This document shows positions 45,791 to 59,815 of a DNA stretch of 64,000 bases, piece by piece. The position numbers and the translations under genes are program-made. The stretch spans positions 29,946,001 through 30,010,000 of the forward strand of contig NC_088806.1 in NCBI RefSeq assembly GCF_011386835.1. Direction: 5' to 3'. The stretch comes from Chrysemys picta bellii. Lineage: Eukaryota. The notes under the pieces are model-generated. The model ran no database searches. It had not been told where the DNA came from and worked only from the letters and a program-made list of their open reading frames with translations. How positions within the stretch are numbered: position 1 is the first letter of the stretch; each line of letters opens with the position of its first letter.

Positions 45791-48700
45791 AGAACATTTC
45801 TTGCTCTGCAGCTCCGAACTTCACTCAGTGTCATTTCAGGGTTCCTACTTACATCCCTTCGGTGCACCTCTAAATCTCCTCTCCCTGCTTGGCCTTTATG
45901 GCATGGGAGCACACCGAGATCAGGCCTCTGACGGAGCCTGGAACCAGCTCTGGCCGAGAATTCTGAGCTTTGTGTGCTGTCTCTAAGGACCATCCTAGAG
46001 CGGCTCTGCAAAGCAGGCGTTTATCCATGCATGACAATAAGGTGAGATATTTTCCTGTTCTTAGAACATAGCAGTGCAGGGAGGTATTTTTAGCATGCTA
46101 ACATAAATGTTTCCTTTTTAATACCTACTACGGCAGAAGAAGCAGCGGGTGTGTTTGTTGGTGGGATGAAGAGCTGTAGAAAATGTTCAGGTGAGGGCTA
46201 CCAGCAGACAGCCACACACAGGATAGTTTAAGGCTATGGTGATTGGATTTCAAAGTTAAGCAACCTGGAAGTAGGATAATTCCCTATTTTAGCTCCCCAC
46301 TGGGAGTGGGAGGCGGTGGTGGCGGAAGGGGGATCTCAGAAGCTTTAGTGGGTTCTTCACCTTTTGCATTTCAGGGCGGGTGATTATTCTGGTACGGGCG
46401 CAATCCATGTAGTTTATTTCTGGACCAAAGAAAAGACCAATTTAAGTCTTGTTTCTGTTGGAAGTGACACTACTTATGCACAGGCACATACGCTTCACCG
46501 GCTCTGTACCGGCCCCTGGAACGTCGGTGAGAGTTTTGCATTGAATGAGACTACACAAAAATAAATTGTATTGTATTTAAATATTCCTAAAGTCATTTTA
46601 GTGCATTTAAGTCTTAATTCATCTTCTCTAAATCCCTTTTCACTACATTAATGTGATGCATTAGAAATGTGTGACAGAAAAATGAATGACATTACTAAAG
46701 AATGTTGCTGGCAATTTTAGTCATAAAATCTTTTTTTCCCCCCATTCCCTTTTTCTTTTCCTGTTCGGTCCCTCTTGCTTTCTTAATCTTCTAAGATTAT
46801 TCTTGGGTTCCTTGAGGAGGCTTCAAGATGTCTCCTAAATCTTTTCACTGCAGCTAATTTAATATGTGGCAATTTAAAGATGTAATGATGAAGAATCAGG
46901 TTTGGATTGAGGGAGTTAGGCCTGTTCAAGGAACGATCTTCTATTTAGACAGAAGGGTTGTACATAAGGGCTTCCAAGCACATGCACACAGGTCCAAATG
47001 GAGCACGTTCCTCCCCCAGCCCCCCACCCTATCCTCTCCATTAAGGAACCTCAATCAGTTGATATCTGAATGCTGGATGCCACCCAGCTTAAGCGTTGCA
47101 TTGGCAGCAGGCCTCAAGTTTCTACCATTCAAGTCCCGAGCGGCCCGGCTCTGAATTTATGCACTGCTTTCCCATTCCTTCTTGATTTATCATTTCCAGC
47201 GTGCCAGCTAAGTCATATACATTAATCATCTCAACTTTTAAACCTTCTCCCTTAAATCATTTTTCACACTGGGAGCCATTTGTTTTGCACACTGGAGGGC
47301 CCTTCTCTGTTTCACTGGAGATGTGCATTGCAATCAGAGAAAGCATGATAAGCTGGGACAATTAGGGCTCTCTCAAAAGGCTATGCCGCTTTCTGTTAAA
47401 GTAGGTAGGTAGATAAATAGATAGTTGCAGAACTGTCCCTCCTGGATTGTTCAATTCTCTCCAGTAACAGGGAACTTGGCAACAAGGTAGGATGGAAAAG
47501 CCCCGAGAGAAGCTGCTTTTAACAAGAGCTGGGAGTCTGAACCAGAAAGCTCAGATCCAAAAACCTTCAAGCTCGGGGCAATTTAGAATCATGTCTGGAC
47601 TGGCACAAATGTAGTGGGCTGTTCTGGATTTACCTAGGCACACGGCAGCACAAAATTAGACGCCACTTGTCTAAGTATTCCGATGGGCGTGCGTGCGTGC
47701 GTGCAAGGGAGAGAGGACTCGGAACAGGGATGTTAACAGCCAAAACTGCCTAGCAGTTCCACTAAGCTGCTTTAGAGCTGTGCTAACAATGGATCTTCCC
47801 CCCCACACACACTCCCAACCTCTTCATATCAAGCTGCACATTTGGTTAGATTTGGATGGGAGCACTAGGCTGTTACTTTCCATATTCCGTAGGGCTCCGG
47901 TGGTGATGCCAGTCATGTGGTGCCAACAGACAGATGCCTGTCCGGCTCGTTTGGAGGCTTATTTCCCAAGGCAGGGCCAGTCGTCTATTACCAGCTGTGG
48001 AAAGCATTGCAGAGATCTCCGTATTGCTGAGGATCCGTTCCGTGCATTTCCGCCCCCACCGCTGCCCGCATGCGAGTTCCCTTTGAAGGGCTGGATTGTT
48101 CTTTTCATAAGGGATATGTAAGGAAAACCAAAAGCAGGTGCCCGAAGAGCTCCCAAACAACAGTGTTTGTTATTACACTCTGCTGAGGAACAGAAAGAGC
48201 GGTGCATTCTCCTCTGCCTGACATGTTGTATTTCCCCAGTCAGGGGAGGTAGGCACTTTGCTGTAGTACCACATTAGCTTTTCTATATTGCAAATTAGAT
48301 CTGGCTAATTAGGTGAAGAAGAGGAATCAGTTTTAAGGTCTGAAGCCTCCTGGTGTCTCTTTGTAACTAACTAGCCTGCTGCCTTTACCGAACGGTTTGC
48401 AAACCAAGAGCCCCCAAGCAGGGAGGAGAGTGTGATTCAAAGTAAACTTGATTTTGAGGTTCTAATCGGGTGTATTCTCTTGATCCCAGCAGCTCGGGGC
48501 ATTGTGCATTATCCACGCATCCTCCTGTGAAAGGAGCCATTGCCATTAGAAACAGAAAAGGTCTGTCTGGCCCCCTAGTCTTGCCCCTAGGGACTAGAGT
48601 ATGATTGTGCCTACAGTGCATTTTATGCTGCTTGGTCCTCTCTTGTTTTAAATGCTCCAAGCAATGGAAGTTCCTGTGAGCCTTGGTCATCGTCCCACTG

Positions 48701-49280
48701 TCAATGGATGGAAGGCATGGACAGATGCTTCTGAGAGGTTGCTAAATGGACGAAACCATGTGTCCCAGCAGAGCACTCTCACCCAGAGGGTCTTGTGAAG
48801 GTCAGGGGCAGAGCACAGCAGCTAAACACCAGAGTGTAGGGCTCAGTTGGGCCTGAAACCAGGAACTTGGTGCCCTTTTGCTGCATGGGATGAGTTTGTT
48901 CTGTCCATGGTAAACTCACCACATGTAGAAAAGGATCTATGTCAGCTCATGTGGCAATCTTCCCAATGCCCAGTCTCCCGGTGGAATTCAGAAGCAACAC
49001 ATGGGGCAGGGTGGTGGAGTTACTGCCATATATTGCTTTTCAACTATTATTCCCACACGTCCAATCTCCTGAAGGTGGTAATTCTTACAACGGGGTCAGG
49101 GTGGAGGCAAACCCCCCCCCCCCGCCCCGCCATCATTTTTGCCATGGAAAGCTAGAGAAATTGCTGAAAATGGCCAAAAAATCCACCCCACAAACAAAAT
49201 GTTCACCAACACTCACAAGGCCAAACTGATGGCGCAAACGATGATCATTAGTGCCAACCAAAATTCAGGCAGAGGATTGA

Positions 49281-49457
49281 ACCCTGCTTCAGGGGTTAAG
49301 CGAGTCTCTAGCTATTAGGAGACCAGGATGAGACCTAATGGGGGTGCATTATCCTACATCCGTTACTGCAGAATTCTTACATCTTCCTCTGAAACATCTG
49401 GCCCAGGCCACTGTCGGAGACTGGGCTAGATGGACCTTGGTTCTGATCCCGGCTGGC
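49281..49457 (+). mobile_element. Old CR1/L3 3' UTR fragment
   Basis: ATTATCCTACATC...CTCTGAAACATCTGGCCCAGGCCACTGTCGGAGACTGGGCTAGATGGACC...TTCTGTGTTCCTATGA. Confidence 0.7.
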
Positions 49458-52400
49458 CATTTCTGTGTTCCTATGATACTGGGTCACAGGACCGAACGCC
49501 AAGTGTAACTGAACTCCTTGGGGCAGGGACAAGCCCACTGCCAGGGTTTAGCAAGTAACAACGCAAGCACAATAATGATTCTCATGGAATGCGGGCCCAG
49601 CTGAGAAGACATTGTGTGCCGTACGCCTCTAAAGCTCTGTCACCAACGTAGCAGCCAACGGCAGTCCCAGCAGAAGGGGATCCATCTGTGCGTGCAGTGC
49701 ACCTCTCCTGCAATGACTCCATTCCCCCGTCAGGTGGCATGAAGGGATGGAGGTGTGCACACACTGCACCTGGAGGGGAACGACGCTGGAAACAGGTAAT
49801 CTAGGGAGAAGTCAAAAGAGTGGGAAGATTCCCTTGCTAAGGCACAGTCCACTTCAGTTCATCACCTGCCAAAGTAACTGCATCTGAATGGAGACCCGGA
49901 GCACTCGGCTGCCTTTTCTACATCTTAAAGCATCAGAGGCCAAACTCACTGTCTCGGCCCCTCTTCTGACCAAATCCCTCTCCACCTCCCAACCCCCACT
50001 TTCCTTTGCTGTGGTTTCAACAGCCATCTCAGGAGTCTAGATGGATGAGAAATCCCAGCCTGGAGGGCTCAGAGTGGGCTACCCAGGGCTAGGCACAGGA
50101 TGACACAGCCTGGTTTCTCATATGCTGCTCTGTAACGGAGTCTGAATCATCACACTGCTGTGGTGAAAGCTTCCCATCCAATGCACACAAGTCCTCCTTA
50201 ATGCTCCAGGGTAGCGATGCTCCCCATGTAAATGCAAGAGACATGGCTTAGCACAAATGTAAGCAATGTACAGATTCATTTTGACAGCCTGTGAATTATG
50301 TTGTATGAGGGAAAGAAAAGGGAACAAATCAACCTGGGTCTGGGGAGCTTGCACTGTGTTGATTACTGTTTTAAAGGGCCAGCAGCTCCCAGACTTCCAG
50401 ATTAAAAGGTGCGTGTTAGCTAGAAAAATGTGTATTTGGATGTGTGTAACAGACTCTGCTCACTGTGCTGTGCTCTCACAGACTGTGTTGGAATTGCAGG
50501 CTCAGGAACTGTGTGCACTGATCCTTGGCTGACATAAATGTAGCTTAAAAATAGAAAGAGTCAGATGAAAAGTGCTAAGAGAAATTGTAGGCTGTGTGTG
50601 TGTGTGTTTAATATGAAATATTGAAGAGACAGCTCAGAATGGAGTTGTCAGTGCTTTGGGGGTTTGAGGAAGAACTAGAAGGGTGGATCTGCCACACTTT
50701 TCTATTTCTTTGGATAAGCGGGAGCTAATATAGCAGGGAGTTCCTGCGTTTCCAGTGTCGTGACGGGTGGGGAAGAGGGAGATTCTCTTTGCTGATGCGT
50801 ACTCTAAAGCCAAAGTGAGATCCCCATTATCCCGTCAGCTCGAAATCACAGAAGGATTTCCCTATAACCTGTGATGTAAAATCTCCTGGATCCCCTCAAA
50901 CATTATAGTCAGTTTCTGGGATATTTAGCATCTATGTGCTAGCCTCATGTTCTCTCTGTGTGTGTGTGTGCACGCATACATACATGAATCTGTGGGTGTG
51001 CATGCGTGTGTGTGAGTCCATGTGTGATTTCTCCACAAGAACAGTGCTGCCACGGGCAGTATTGTCCAGACCCATCTGGCCTGACATGTCATGTGATTTA
51101 TTTGCCAGGCCATGTGACCATCATTCCCCGGTGACCTGGATTTTCTAGACACCCTGGAGCGAAGCCTCACACCCGCCAGGCATACGTGATCACATTATCA
51201 TGCATGGCTTGGCCATCAGCAAACCTTGTAAAATCGGAAATGGGTCTCTGGAGCTCCAGGCCTTACCAGACCTCTTTGGCCTGGACACCTTGCGGGAACA
51301 AGTCCCCTTGTGCGATTCCCAGTACCTCCTCTTCCCATCCTGGCTACCTACCCTGCAAGAACAGCCTCCCTCCCAGCTGTCTCCCTCGAGGGCATTTGCC
51401 TCCAGCATCATCGCTATACTCTCAGTCTATGGAAATAAAATATCTTGCTGGTAGGACTGAGTCCACCACTTGCCCAGTTCCAGGAGCATCTGTGGCACAC
51501 CCCGGGGCAGAGGCTACTGCTCAGCAGTGCCAAGCATTCTCCAGTGGGCCAGCCCTTGTTACATGGCACCATGTCACACAAGCATGTAAGATCCAATTCC
51601 ACAGCCAGCATGCACCTGCCTCGCTCCAGGTGTCTCTTATGCAGCACGACAGAGCCAGGCTTTGTCAGAAGCCAGCTGCTGATGCATCTGAGAATCACTC
51701 CTGTGCCTCAGAACCGCACAGCCCATTCAGTTCCAAGCAGTGAGCAGAATGAATTTTTCATTCCTTCATGTTCCACTTTTAATTCCTCCGGCGTTGGGGA
51801 CGGCTAGCGTGAAAGGATTTACACAACCCACCACCTGCACGACTTAGGCGAGTAAAATAGAACATGGGCCCTGAATAATTGACAGGGGATTTCAACAGAG
51901 GATGGGAAGCAGCCTGTGTGTAAAGACTCCAAGCTGCACTGAGGTCTCACCTGACTCCTTCCAGGGAAATGTAGGCGGATCCCGGGTGCCAGTGTTCTAG
52001 GAATTCTACAGAGCTTCTCTCTCAGACTCCAACCTTTGCAAGTGCTGTGTTTTGGCCCAAACAGGAGGAATTTTAAAGGTTTATTTCCTGGATCCCAGCA
52101 CCGCAGAATAAAGCACTTGTAATGGCTTCATCTCTCTGAACTAAATCAGCGAGGGACACTTTAGCCTCTGAATTCATCTTGTATGTTTCCTGTCGTATGT
52201 TGGACTGTCCCCTGGGAAGCTGGAGGGGCTGTCCCAGAACAGTCAGCTTTCATGTTGTGAAGCCCCAAGTAAGAATCCAGCCCTTCAGTTATACAGCACA
52301 CAGTAGGGCCCCAGAAGGATAGTGCCCCAAACAGCCACTCGTTTCACATGTGTTTGAGGACTCTCTCTCCCCCACTTAGCCTGTATCTAGAAGGGTCGGG

Positions 52401-53227
52401 GATAAACTGGACCTTTAGTTGGGGATGGTAAGAAGAAGACCCACAAGCACAGGGTCCGCAGCACACATCTGCCTGAATTTTGCTTGATCCTGTTGCTGGA
52501 AGTAGATCCTGGACCTTGAATTGCTGTGCTCAATAATTCCTCCCCTTCCTTGGTATTTGCAACCCGCAAATACTTGTAGATGGTTATCAGAGCTTCACTT
52601 AGTCAGCATTTACCCTAGCTCCCTAGATCGAATTCTAAAAGTGTCCCTTTGTAAGCCAGCCCTTTAATACACTGATCCCTCCCTCCCAGTTTCTGCCAGG
52701 CTATAGAATTGAAAGGCCCCACATTGATTATAGAGGATTCTTGAGTGTCGACATGCCCAGGCACTGCACAGTCAGGTTTAAGAAGCTGCTGCAGCTGAAA
52801 GTCAGCACCTGAGATTCAGTGTTATAGAATCCACACCATGTGGGAAGGTTTACATTTGAGCCGGATACCTGAAAATACTTTGGCTACTTGGGAGAGACAA
52901 GTGTGGAAGGTCAACAACACCCCCCTCTCCCCCGCCCAGGCAGGCCTGTTGCTTGAAAGAGAAGAAAGATCTTCTGCTTACTCACTGTTTAGGCTCTCTA
53001 AAGCTTCAGCCATCTACCTAGATTAGGGCTGAATTTCTGCTTTAGGTAATACAGCTGCTCCTCAATGCATAAAATATGCCTTTTATTCTGCTGCACCCAG
53101 AACAGGAGCTCCAAAAATTATCTTGTTTCTTTTTCTTATTACACATGTGCTTGTTTTTCACAAATTCTTGCAAAGAGGAATAGTTTCTGGATCTCTTCTC
53201 GTAATAGTTCAGCTGGTCTATATTGCT

Positions 53228-53325
53228 TTATTATTATTTATAATACAGTAGCACACAGAGGTCTGACCAGGGCACTGTACAAACAAGTGTGAAGACAGAA
53301 TCCCTGCTCCGCACAGTTTACAATG
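53228..53325 (-). mobile_element. L2-like SINE tail
   Basis: TTATTATTATTTATAATACAGTAGCAC...GGCACTGTACAAACAAG..AAGACAGAATCCCTGCTCCGCACAGTTTACAAT. Confidence 0.6.
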
Positions 53326-53632
53326 GAGAAACAGGATTTTTCTAGCAGAAACAAAGCCTCTGTTGATTTCTGTGGGTAGCAGGGTGGAAGGATTGGGGGA
53401 AGGACCAGGAACCGTGTGAATCAGATCATGATATCTGCTAGAGACGCGATCATTTCTGTACCCCAACCCCTAGCTGATTGTCTAGAACCATTTGGAAGCT
53501 GATGAAAATTGTGTTACAAAGTTTCTGGAAGTTTATAGGAACATTGGCCAGATTTGAGTTTGGGCCTGGATTACTTTATTTGGTCAATAAATGATGATTA
53601 GTATTAGTAAGGAATACTATGCTTTGATTTTA

Positions 53633-54892
53633 GGTGACGGGGCACTGGAATAGGCCATGCACTATCCCTGGGCATGATCACCCTCTCAGAGTCCCTCTTC
53701 CCTTGTCACAAGGAAGGAGTGGAAATGTCTGAAAGCGTAATTGACAATGAATTGCTAATAATATTTAGCAAAGTGGGAATGGGCCTTCTCATGTGGAAGT
53801 CTATTTCACGCTCCTTCTTAAGTGGGCCTCTCACATGTCCTGCTTATCAAGAGGACATCTGATTGTGGTTACCAATGGATCTGGCAAGAAAATGTCCACC
53901 TTAGACTGGTACTTTCGCCTATGACCTCAGATTATGATATTTGTTCGCATTGAGCTATAGCCAACATCCTGGTACCCCTAACTGCACAAGAGTAATCCTC
54001 GAGACAAAGCCAGGGGACACTGAACCTTACAAAAGATTCTCCCACCGATGACACCTTGAGCTCTATCCCGTTTCTTCCCTAGACAGGCCATCCAGAGAAG
54101 ACATGAAAGACTCTGACCATCAGCTAAGCCAAGCCTGAAACCTACCTGTAAGAGAGAGAAGAGACCGACCACCTCCCTGCATATGAAAGGAGCTCAACTT
54201 GTTTGCAGCATCACGTGAGTGAGAGACTGTAAGGAGGCATGAGAGTGCTTTTGTATAGAATCCAGAGATGTGTGAGTCCTCCAACATTCCAGTAGTGTGT
54301 GTGTGTTTGTGTTTGTGTATCACTGAACCATTCCCCCAGATAGACACTAACCCCTTCTCCCCCCAGTCTGTTACCTAATTAGTAGGAAACTATTCTGGGT
54401 TAACCGCATGTTATTCCAAAGATGTTAAGTGCCTGTTTTAAGAATCATTTCTACATCTGTGTAAAAGTGTCAGAAAGATGCAGACACTATATTAATGTGG
54501 GACAGGGAATAAGCCGAGTAAATAACGTCTAACCTGGGTGGCATGTTCAGAGAAACTTCAAGTGGAGCAGCAAAGTGGGAAGGTACAAAGAAATCATTTA
54601 CAGAGTTATACTTCTTAAAACAAAGGCAAAAGTCAGATTCTGGTTTTGGTAGATTCTGAGCTCAGTTGTTTGGATTGAAATAAAGGTTCTTTCTTTATTT
54701 CCCGTAAAGGATTGAAGTAATTCTTAGGTTAACCTTATATATTGATTTAATTGTTCATTGTAGTAATTGGGAGCCTGATAAATTGAACCATTGCTCTCTT
54801 GATTGACTTTCAGTTGCAACCTGGATTTGATTATTGCATTGTGTTATATTTGATTAGTTACGGGAAACTAGAAGTACAATTAGCTCGTGACA
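53633..54892. mobile_element. Possible long degenerate LTR
   Basis: GGTGACGGGG... start and ...CTCGTGACA end resemble LTR termini; GAAATAAA near the 3' part; no TSD. Weak call. Confidence 0.3.
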
Positions 54893-55185
54893 TGTTTGCT
54901 AACCTTCATATTTGTTTGCTTATTCTTTTAATAAACCCATAAAGTACACTAGACTGGTTCCACTCTCAAAACCTCAACTCCAGAAAACAACCTTTTTAGA
55001 GGTAAAGGTAAATACACTGAATACACATTTTCATTATTCAGTTAAAATCCTCTTACCACCACAGTTGGTAAGGTTTTGTCTCTGATACATCCCTCGCTCA
55101 GACTGCTCGAACCAATAACTTCTCTCAGGTATTATGGCGCTGCATCAGGACATGCGGGGCAGTATGATGTATATAATTAATGTAT

Positions 55186-55187
<2 letters not shown>

Positions 55188-55218
<31 letters not shown>
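55188..55218. repeat. (GT)n microsatellite, ~15 units
   Basis: Perfect dinucleotide run. Confidence 0.97.
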
Positions 55219-55222
<4 letters not shown>

Positions 55223-56250
55223 GGGGTGGGGAGGGCAGTTGCAGTTACCAAACTTCTTTTGTGCTTGAGTTTGAATTTTGGACAAAGTTTCATACACAGG
55301 AACTAAAATCTCTATTTTAATGTACCTCTGATCAACAGCATGAGAGGTACAAGGAGGTTGATGTAAATGCTGACACTCACACCATGAATAACGTGACATT
55401 CTTATCACTTTAACGTGGATCCTCAAACATAGGGACTTGTGAGAGATGATTTAATTCTTAATATGAAATAGACGTAAGGAGATTTAAAGGGATATCTATC
55501 AAACATGTCCAGTAGAACTTCATAAGGATTACTTCTGAGTCCACATTCCCTATTTGTCATGCTCAAATTGCTGGTTTATAATTCCACGGGCCTTAGGTGA
55601 GTCAACAGCAAAAAACAAGGCAGGGAACAGTTGAAGGTTTATTCCCTGCTTGCAGCATGCAACTCAGTTTATGCTTGAATTAGAACTGTTCAAACTATTT
55701 GTTAGGTACAATGTTTGTGTAAATTCAGACCCTTGTGAACCAATCCTTATTTCCATGAATGCTGTTGCTGTTTGTAATTATTCACCACATCATTTCTCTG
55801 AATAATTATCTGCCTATTCTATTTCAGCCAACTTGTTCGCTCAGAATATTTTGAATTTGTAATATTCAGTACCTGTGATATGCATAGTCACATTGCATTA
55901 TTTCTACTCTCTTTGGCTGGCTCAAACAGTTTTTAACAGCAGAATAATGAATGACAAGCAACATTCATAACGAATTTTTGGTAGAATAATCGATTAGTTA
56001 AACTTTTTGGATCTGTGAGTGTGTGACTATCTGTTAGTGGTCCATATACTCATGACTAATGAATACTATTGCCCCATGACTTTTAACATACTGAACATGG
56101 TATTTTTGTTTGGAAAAATATTTGTGAATCACAATTCTTGCACTGTTTGACAACAGCTCTGGTGTATTGCCTCTGAGCAAATTGTAGGGGTGTGGTGTTG
56201 TGATGGGGTATTCATTCCACACCAGAAAGGAAGGGGTTAAAAAGAGCCTA

Positions 56251-56326
56251 GGGCGGGGTTAAAAAGGGCCAATTGGAGAGAGGCTGCACAGAGCAACCAA
56301 TCAGGCCCCAGTGGGCTCATATAAAA
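56251..56326 (+). promoter_or_regulatory. LTR core promoter: GC box, two CCAAT, TATA
   Basis: GGGCGGGG at 56251-56258; CCAAT at 56269-56273 and 56297-56301; TATAAAA at 56320-56326. Confidence 0.65.
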
Positions 56327-56802
56327 GGGAGCTACAGGTCAGAGTGGGGGTCCAGGGAGTCCCAGGAGAGAGGACTGTGTTCCTAATGGATTGAAGGATG
56401 GTAGCATCTTGGGCAGAGCAGTTGCTGACAGGGACTGGGGGAGCTCCTAGCTGGCTGCTGGGATGTGCTGGCTGGAGGCCCTGAGAGAAGGGCGAAGAAG
56501 GTGCTGAGGCTGTGGGGAAGTGGCCCAGGGAATTGAAGCAGTTCTGGCAGACAAGTTAAGGAGGGCAGCAGGAGGCTGCTAGTGACACGTGTCCCCTCCA
56601 CTCACCACTGGGGAAAAGTCTGGACTAAAGAACTGGAAGATACTCCCACCCCACACCCTGAAAGGGGGAAAACATGGATGGTGACTTGGCCAGAGGGCTG
56701 AATCATGAAGGGGACTTGGACTGGGGTGGGTCTGCAGGCAGAGATGATGGGAGAGGCACCATCTGGAGAGGGCGCAGCAGATGGTGAAGCTAATGCCCAT
56801 GA

Positions 56803-56821
56803 TGGCCAGCAGGAGGCGCTG
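56803..56821 (+). promoter_or_regulatory. CTCF-like motif
   Basis: TGGCCAGCAGGAGGCGCTG is 16/19 identical to the consensus TGGCCACCAGGGGGCGCTA. Confidence 0.45.
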
Positions 56822-57953
56822 CGTTGGTGAGTGAACTCTGTCACCACCATGTGTGAGAATGTGCATATACGCACGTGTGTCGGTGCGCCTGTGAGTGTTT
56901 GCATGTGAGAATGTGTGTCTCTGCGGGTGTTTGTTTTGCACTGGACATGGTTACAGAGTTGCAGGACATGATGCTCACATTGTAGTCTTAAAAACCCACT
57001 GATGACTCTTGGGAGAACTATGAAAAACATTTTACTTAGAGACAAATCTGCTGCTCAATTTCCTGTGTTTCTCTTCTTCCCAGTATCTATTTCTACAGAG
57101 ATATTTGCATGAAAACAATCCTTTTTTTCGCCTACTGCGGCTCCTTCCCCACCTGAACCCTTAATCCCCCTGCCTGTGACCTCCCAGTGGCCTGCTGCAA
57201 TGTCCGAGAGGGTGCAGACCTCAGATGGGGAAATAACCTGAAATGGGAGCAAACGCTTAAAAAAAAATACACTCCCAAAGATGATGGCAAAATTGTTCCT
57301 AAATTGAATGTTTTTCCTAGTTTTTCCATGTGGTGTCTGCGGCACTTTAAGATTATCCTCTCCCAGGGGGCTTCAAAAGAGCTGTAAATACTCTGCATTG
57401 CTTTCAAGGCTAGCCCTATGAAAGTTCAGTTCTCAAGGAAATATATATGCTAATATGCATTTCCATCATTATTCGGGAGTCCTAGGTGCAGACGCTTTTG
57501 TGTCTATGAAGAAAAGATTGCTGATTGCTAGTGTTTTGCTAAATGTTAAATACATCCAGTCTTTGTAGTTCACAAGAAGAATTCTTAAAGATAAACTCCA
57601 GTGGCGACTCCAATTCATTGAGTCCCAGCTCCAGGGTTTATTTAGAGACTGTGAATCAAATTTTCATAAGTGCCTAAGTGACTTGAGAGCATCAAAACTG
57701 GCCTAAGAGCCTCAGTCTCATTGGAAGGTCATGGGAGCTAGGTGCCTGACCCTGCTTAGGCACTTCTGATGCAGTGAAGCAAATTCATAACTGTTCACTT
57801 CACTGCCTGCCTATGCCGTGGCTGGATTTGGCCTTGTGGACAGGCTATTTATGGGCAATACTCTGGACGCTGGGAAGGGAGAGTAGACAGCCCTAAGAAC
57901 AGCTATTCGTGTGACCTCTCTTAATGAAGCAGAAGTTTTTATTATTGATGTAA

Positions 57954-58253
57954 CTATTTATTAATTCGTATTGTGGTAGAACGTAGGCAACTCAGCCCCC
58001 TTGTGCTAGGCCCTGTACAGATATGTAACAAAAAGGCCGTCCTTGCCCTGATTTAATTCGTTTGTTTATTGGCATGTCCATAGCAGCTGAACACCTCACC
58101 AATGCTAACGTATTAGGCCTCACAACCCCGATGAAATGTAAAGTGATTATCTCCATTCTACAGATGAGGAACCAAAGCCACAAAAGGCCTTGCTCAGGTC
58201 ACCCACGGAGTGTGTGGCACGGCTGGGACAGAACCCAGTCGGCTGACTCAGGC
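57954..58253 (-). mobile_element. CORE-SINE with L2-like tail
   Basis: CCCCTTGTGCTAGGCCCTGTACAG... followed by ATTATCTCCATTCTACAGATGAGGAACCAAAGCCACA...GCTCAGGTCACCCA. Confidence 0.75.
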
Positions 58254-59589
58254 TTTTCCCTTATTTACAAGCCCACCTTCCCCTGAGTCTTCAGCAATGT
58301 ATCATTTACGCTACCTCCATTTCCTGGCATGGGAGCTCAGAAATGCTTCAGAAATCGGGGCAGGGGGAGAATACACACATTTTGGAAGTGATGGGACCAT
58401 TTACTGCCAGGCTGCATTTGCAATAGAGTTACTGAAAACTGGTTACTCAGCCGTGATGAGTCAACATTCGCCCGTGCACCCTCACTATCAGGTCTCAACA
58501 CGGCTACCCAATCAGCTGTCTCTGGGTGAATGTCGACACCGCAGTCAGAGGAGTGATTGCAGCATGTGTGAGCGTACCTGAGCTAGCTTGGATTGACCTG
58601 GCTTGCTAAAAATAGCCGTGAAGCTGTGACAGCATGGGAGGTGCTTAGAGGTGAGGCAAAACACTTGCATATAAAGGTGAGCCTAGGTGAAATCTGCATT
58701 TTATTTAGTTTTGCACTGGTGACAAAGAGGAAAATTACTTTAGTTTGCACACCCTGCCCTCCCTCCGCCAAAAAAACCCACTTCCCCCCAAAGCCATGAC
58801 ATTTTCACTTTTAAAAAGGCCGGATTTGTCATCAAAAAGAGCTCATACAAGGCTGCTGGACACTCAGTTTTTCGATTCAGAGCAGCTGTTTTGTAGAAAA
58901 TCAGATGTCTGAGGGGAGGTGAACTTCCCCCAAATGAATCAGGCAAAAAGCTTGGAGAACAATATCCCACTAATTTTTCACAGCTCTAGAGGCAGAATAG
59001 CTGCATTCTGCACATTGCAGCCAACTGGCTTTTAAGTGCCCTGGCCATTAGGTAATAGCAGAGATGCGTATTGCCTGCCCAGACCGGCCCTGGCTGTCTA
59101 GCTGCATATTGAGCAGTTTTATTTTAATCAATTTTAGTGTGTTTGGAAATTGGGTGAAACATCCCAGTGCTTTGCAGTGAACACAGGTGACAAATGTGAT
59201 AGCAAAGGCAGCTTTCCGTGCAGGAGGGCAGGCTCTGAAACACACACCCACCGGCTCGGCAGCACAGATTAAGTGCTAGCATGATTTTGGGGGGAGGAAT
59301 ATCAGGAGGCATCAGCCCCATACTGACTTGGAAATGGAAGCTGCTGAGCACTAGCAAACTCGGTACATGTATGATAGCACATGGGAGGTTTGTGTGTGTC
59401 TGCCCTGCAGACTGGGAAGAAATAGAAAATGCTCCCAAGCATCATCTTTGAAACGAATGCTCTTGTGTGGAGGAGTAAAATACACTAAATCCAAGCCACT
59501 GGCCTGCATTGGATTTCAGCAGCACGGCTATCAGCAAGGAGCAGCCCAGACTTGAAGAATGGTGCGGAAGAAAATTCTGATTCTACTTA

Positions 59590-59815
59590 GACCGAGATAT
59601 CTACGTACTTATCTGGTGCCCATCACCATGGTACCGCAGCACCTCACCACCTTTACTGTATCTCTTGTCAAACACCCCGGTGAGGTCAGGCAGTGCTATT
59701 GTCCCCATCTTACAAAAGGGACATTGAGACAAAGAGACTTGCCAAAGGTCACACAGGGATTACCTAGCATAGCAGGGATTGACTTCATGTCTCCTGAGGC
59801 CTACGCTAACACCCC
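59590..59815 (-). mobile_element. CORE-SINE (MIR-like)
   Basis: CACCCCGGTGAGGTCAGGCAGTGCTATTGTCCCCATCTTACAAAAGGGACATTGAGACAAAGAGACTTGCCAAAGGTCACACAGG. Confidence 0.75.

Larger units (their letters stand above)
56199..56846 (+). mobile_element. Solo LTR (Gypsy-like by recall)
   Basis: TGTGAT...GTCACCA termini; AAGGGGTTAA near the 5' end; ordered GC box, CCAAT and TATA; G-rich body. TSD not clean. Confidence 0.7.

Noticed and set aside
51186-51743. 185-aa ORF, the longest in the window, with overlapping ORFs
   Set aside because: No domain signature or convincing splice context; overlapping ORFs in several frames reflect local GC content.
55881-55892. 12-nt match to miR-153 (TGCATAGTCACA)
   Set aside because: The flanking bases diverge from mature miR-153 and no pre-miRNA-length hairpin is evident.
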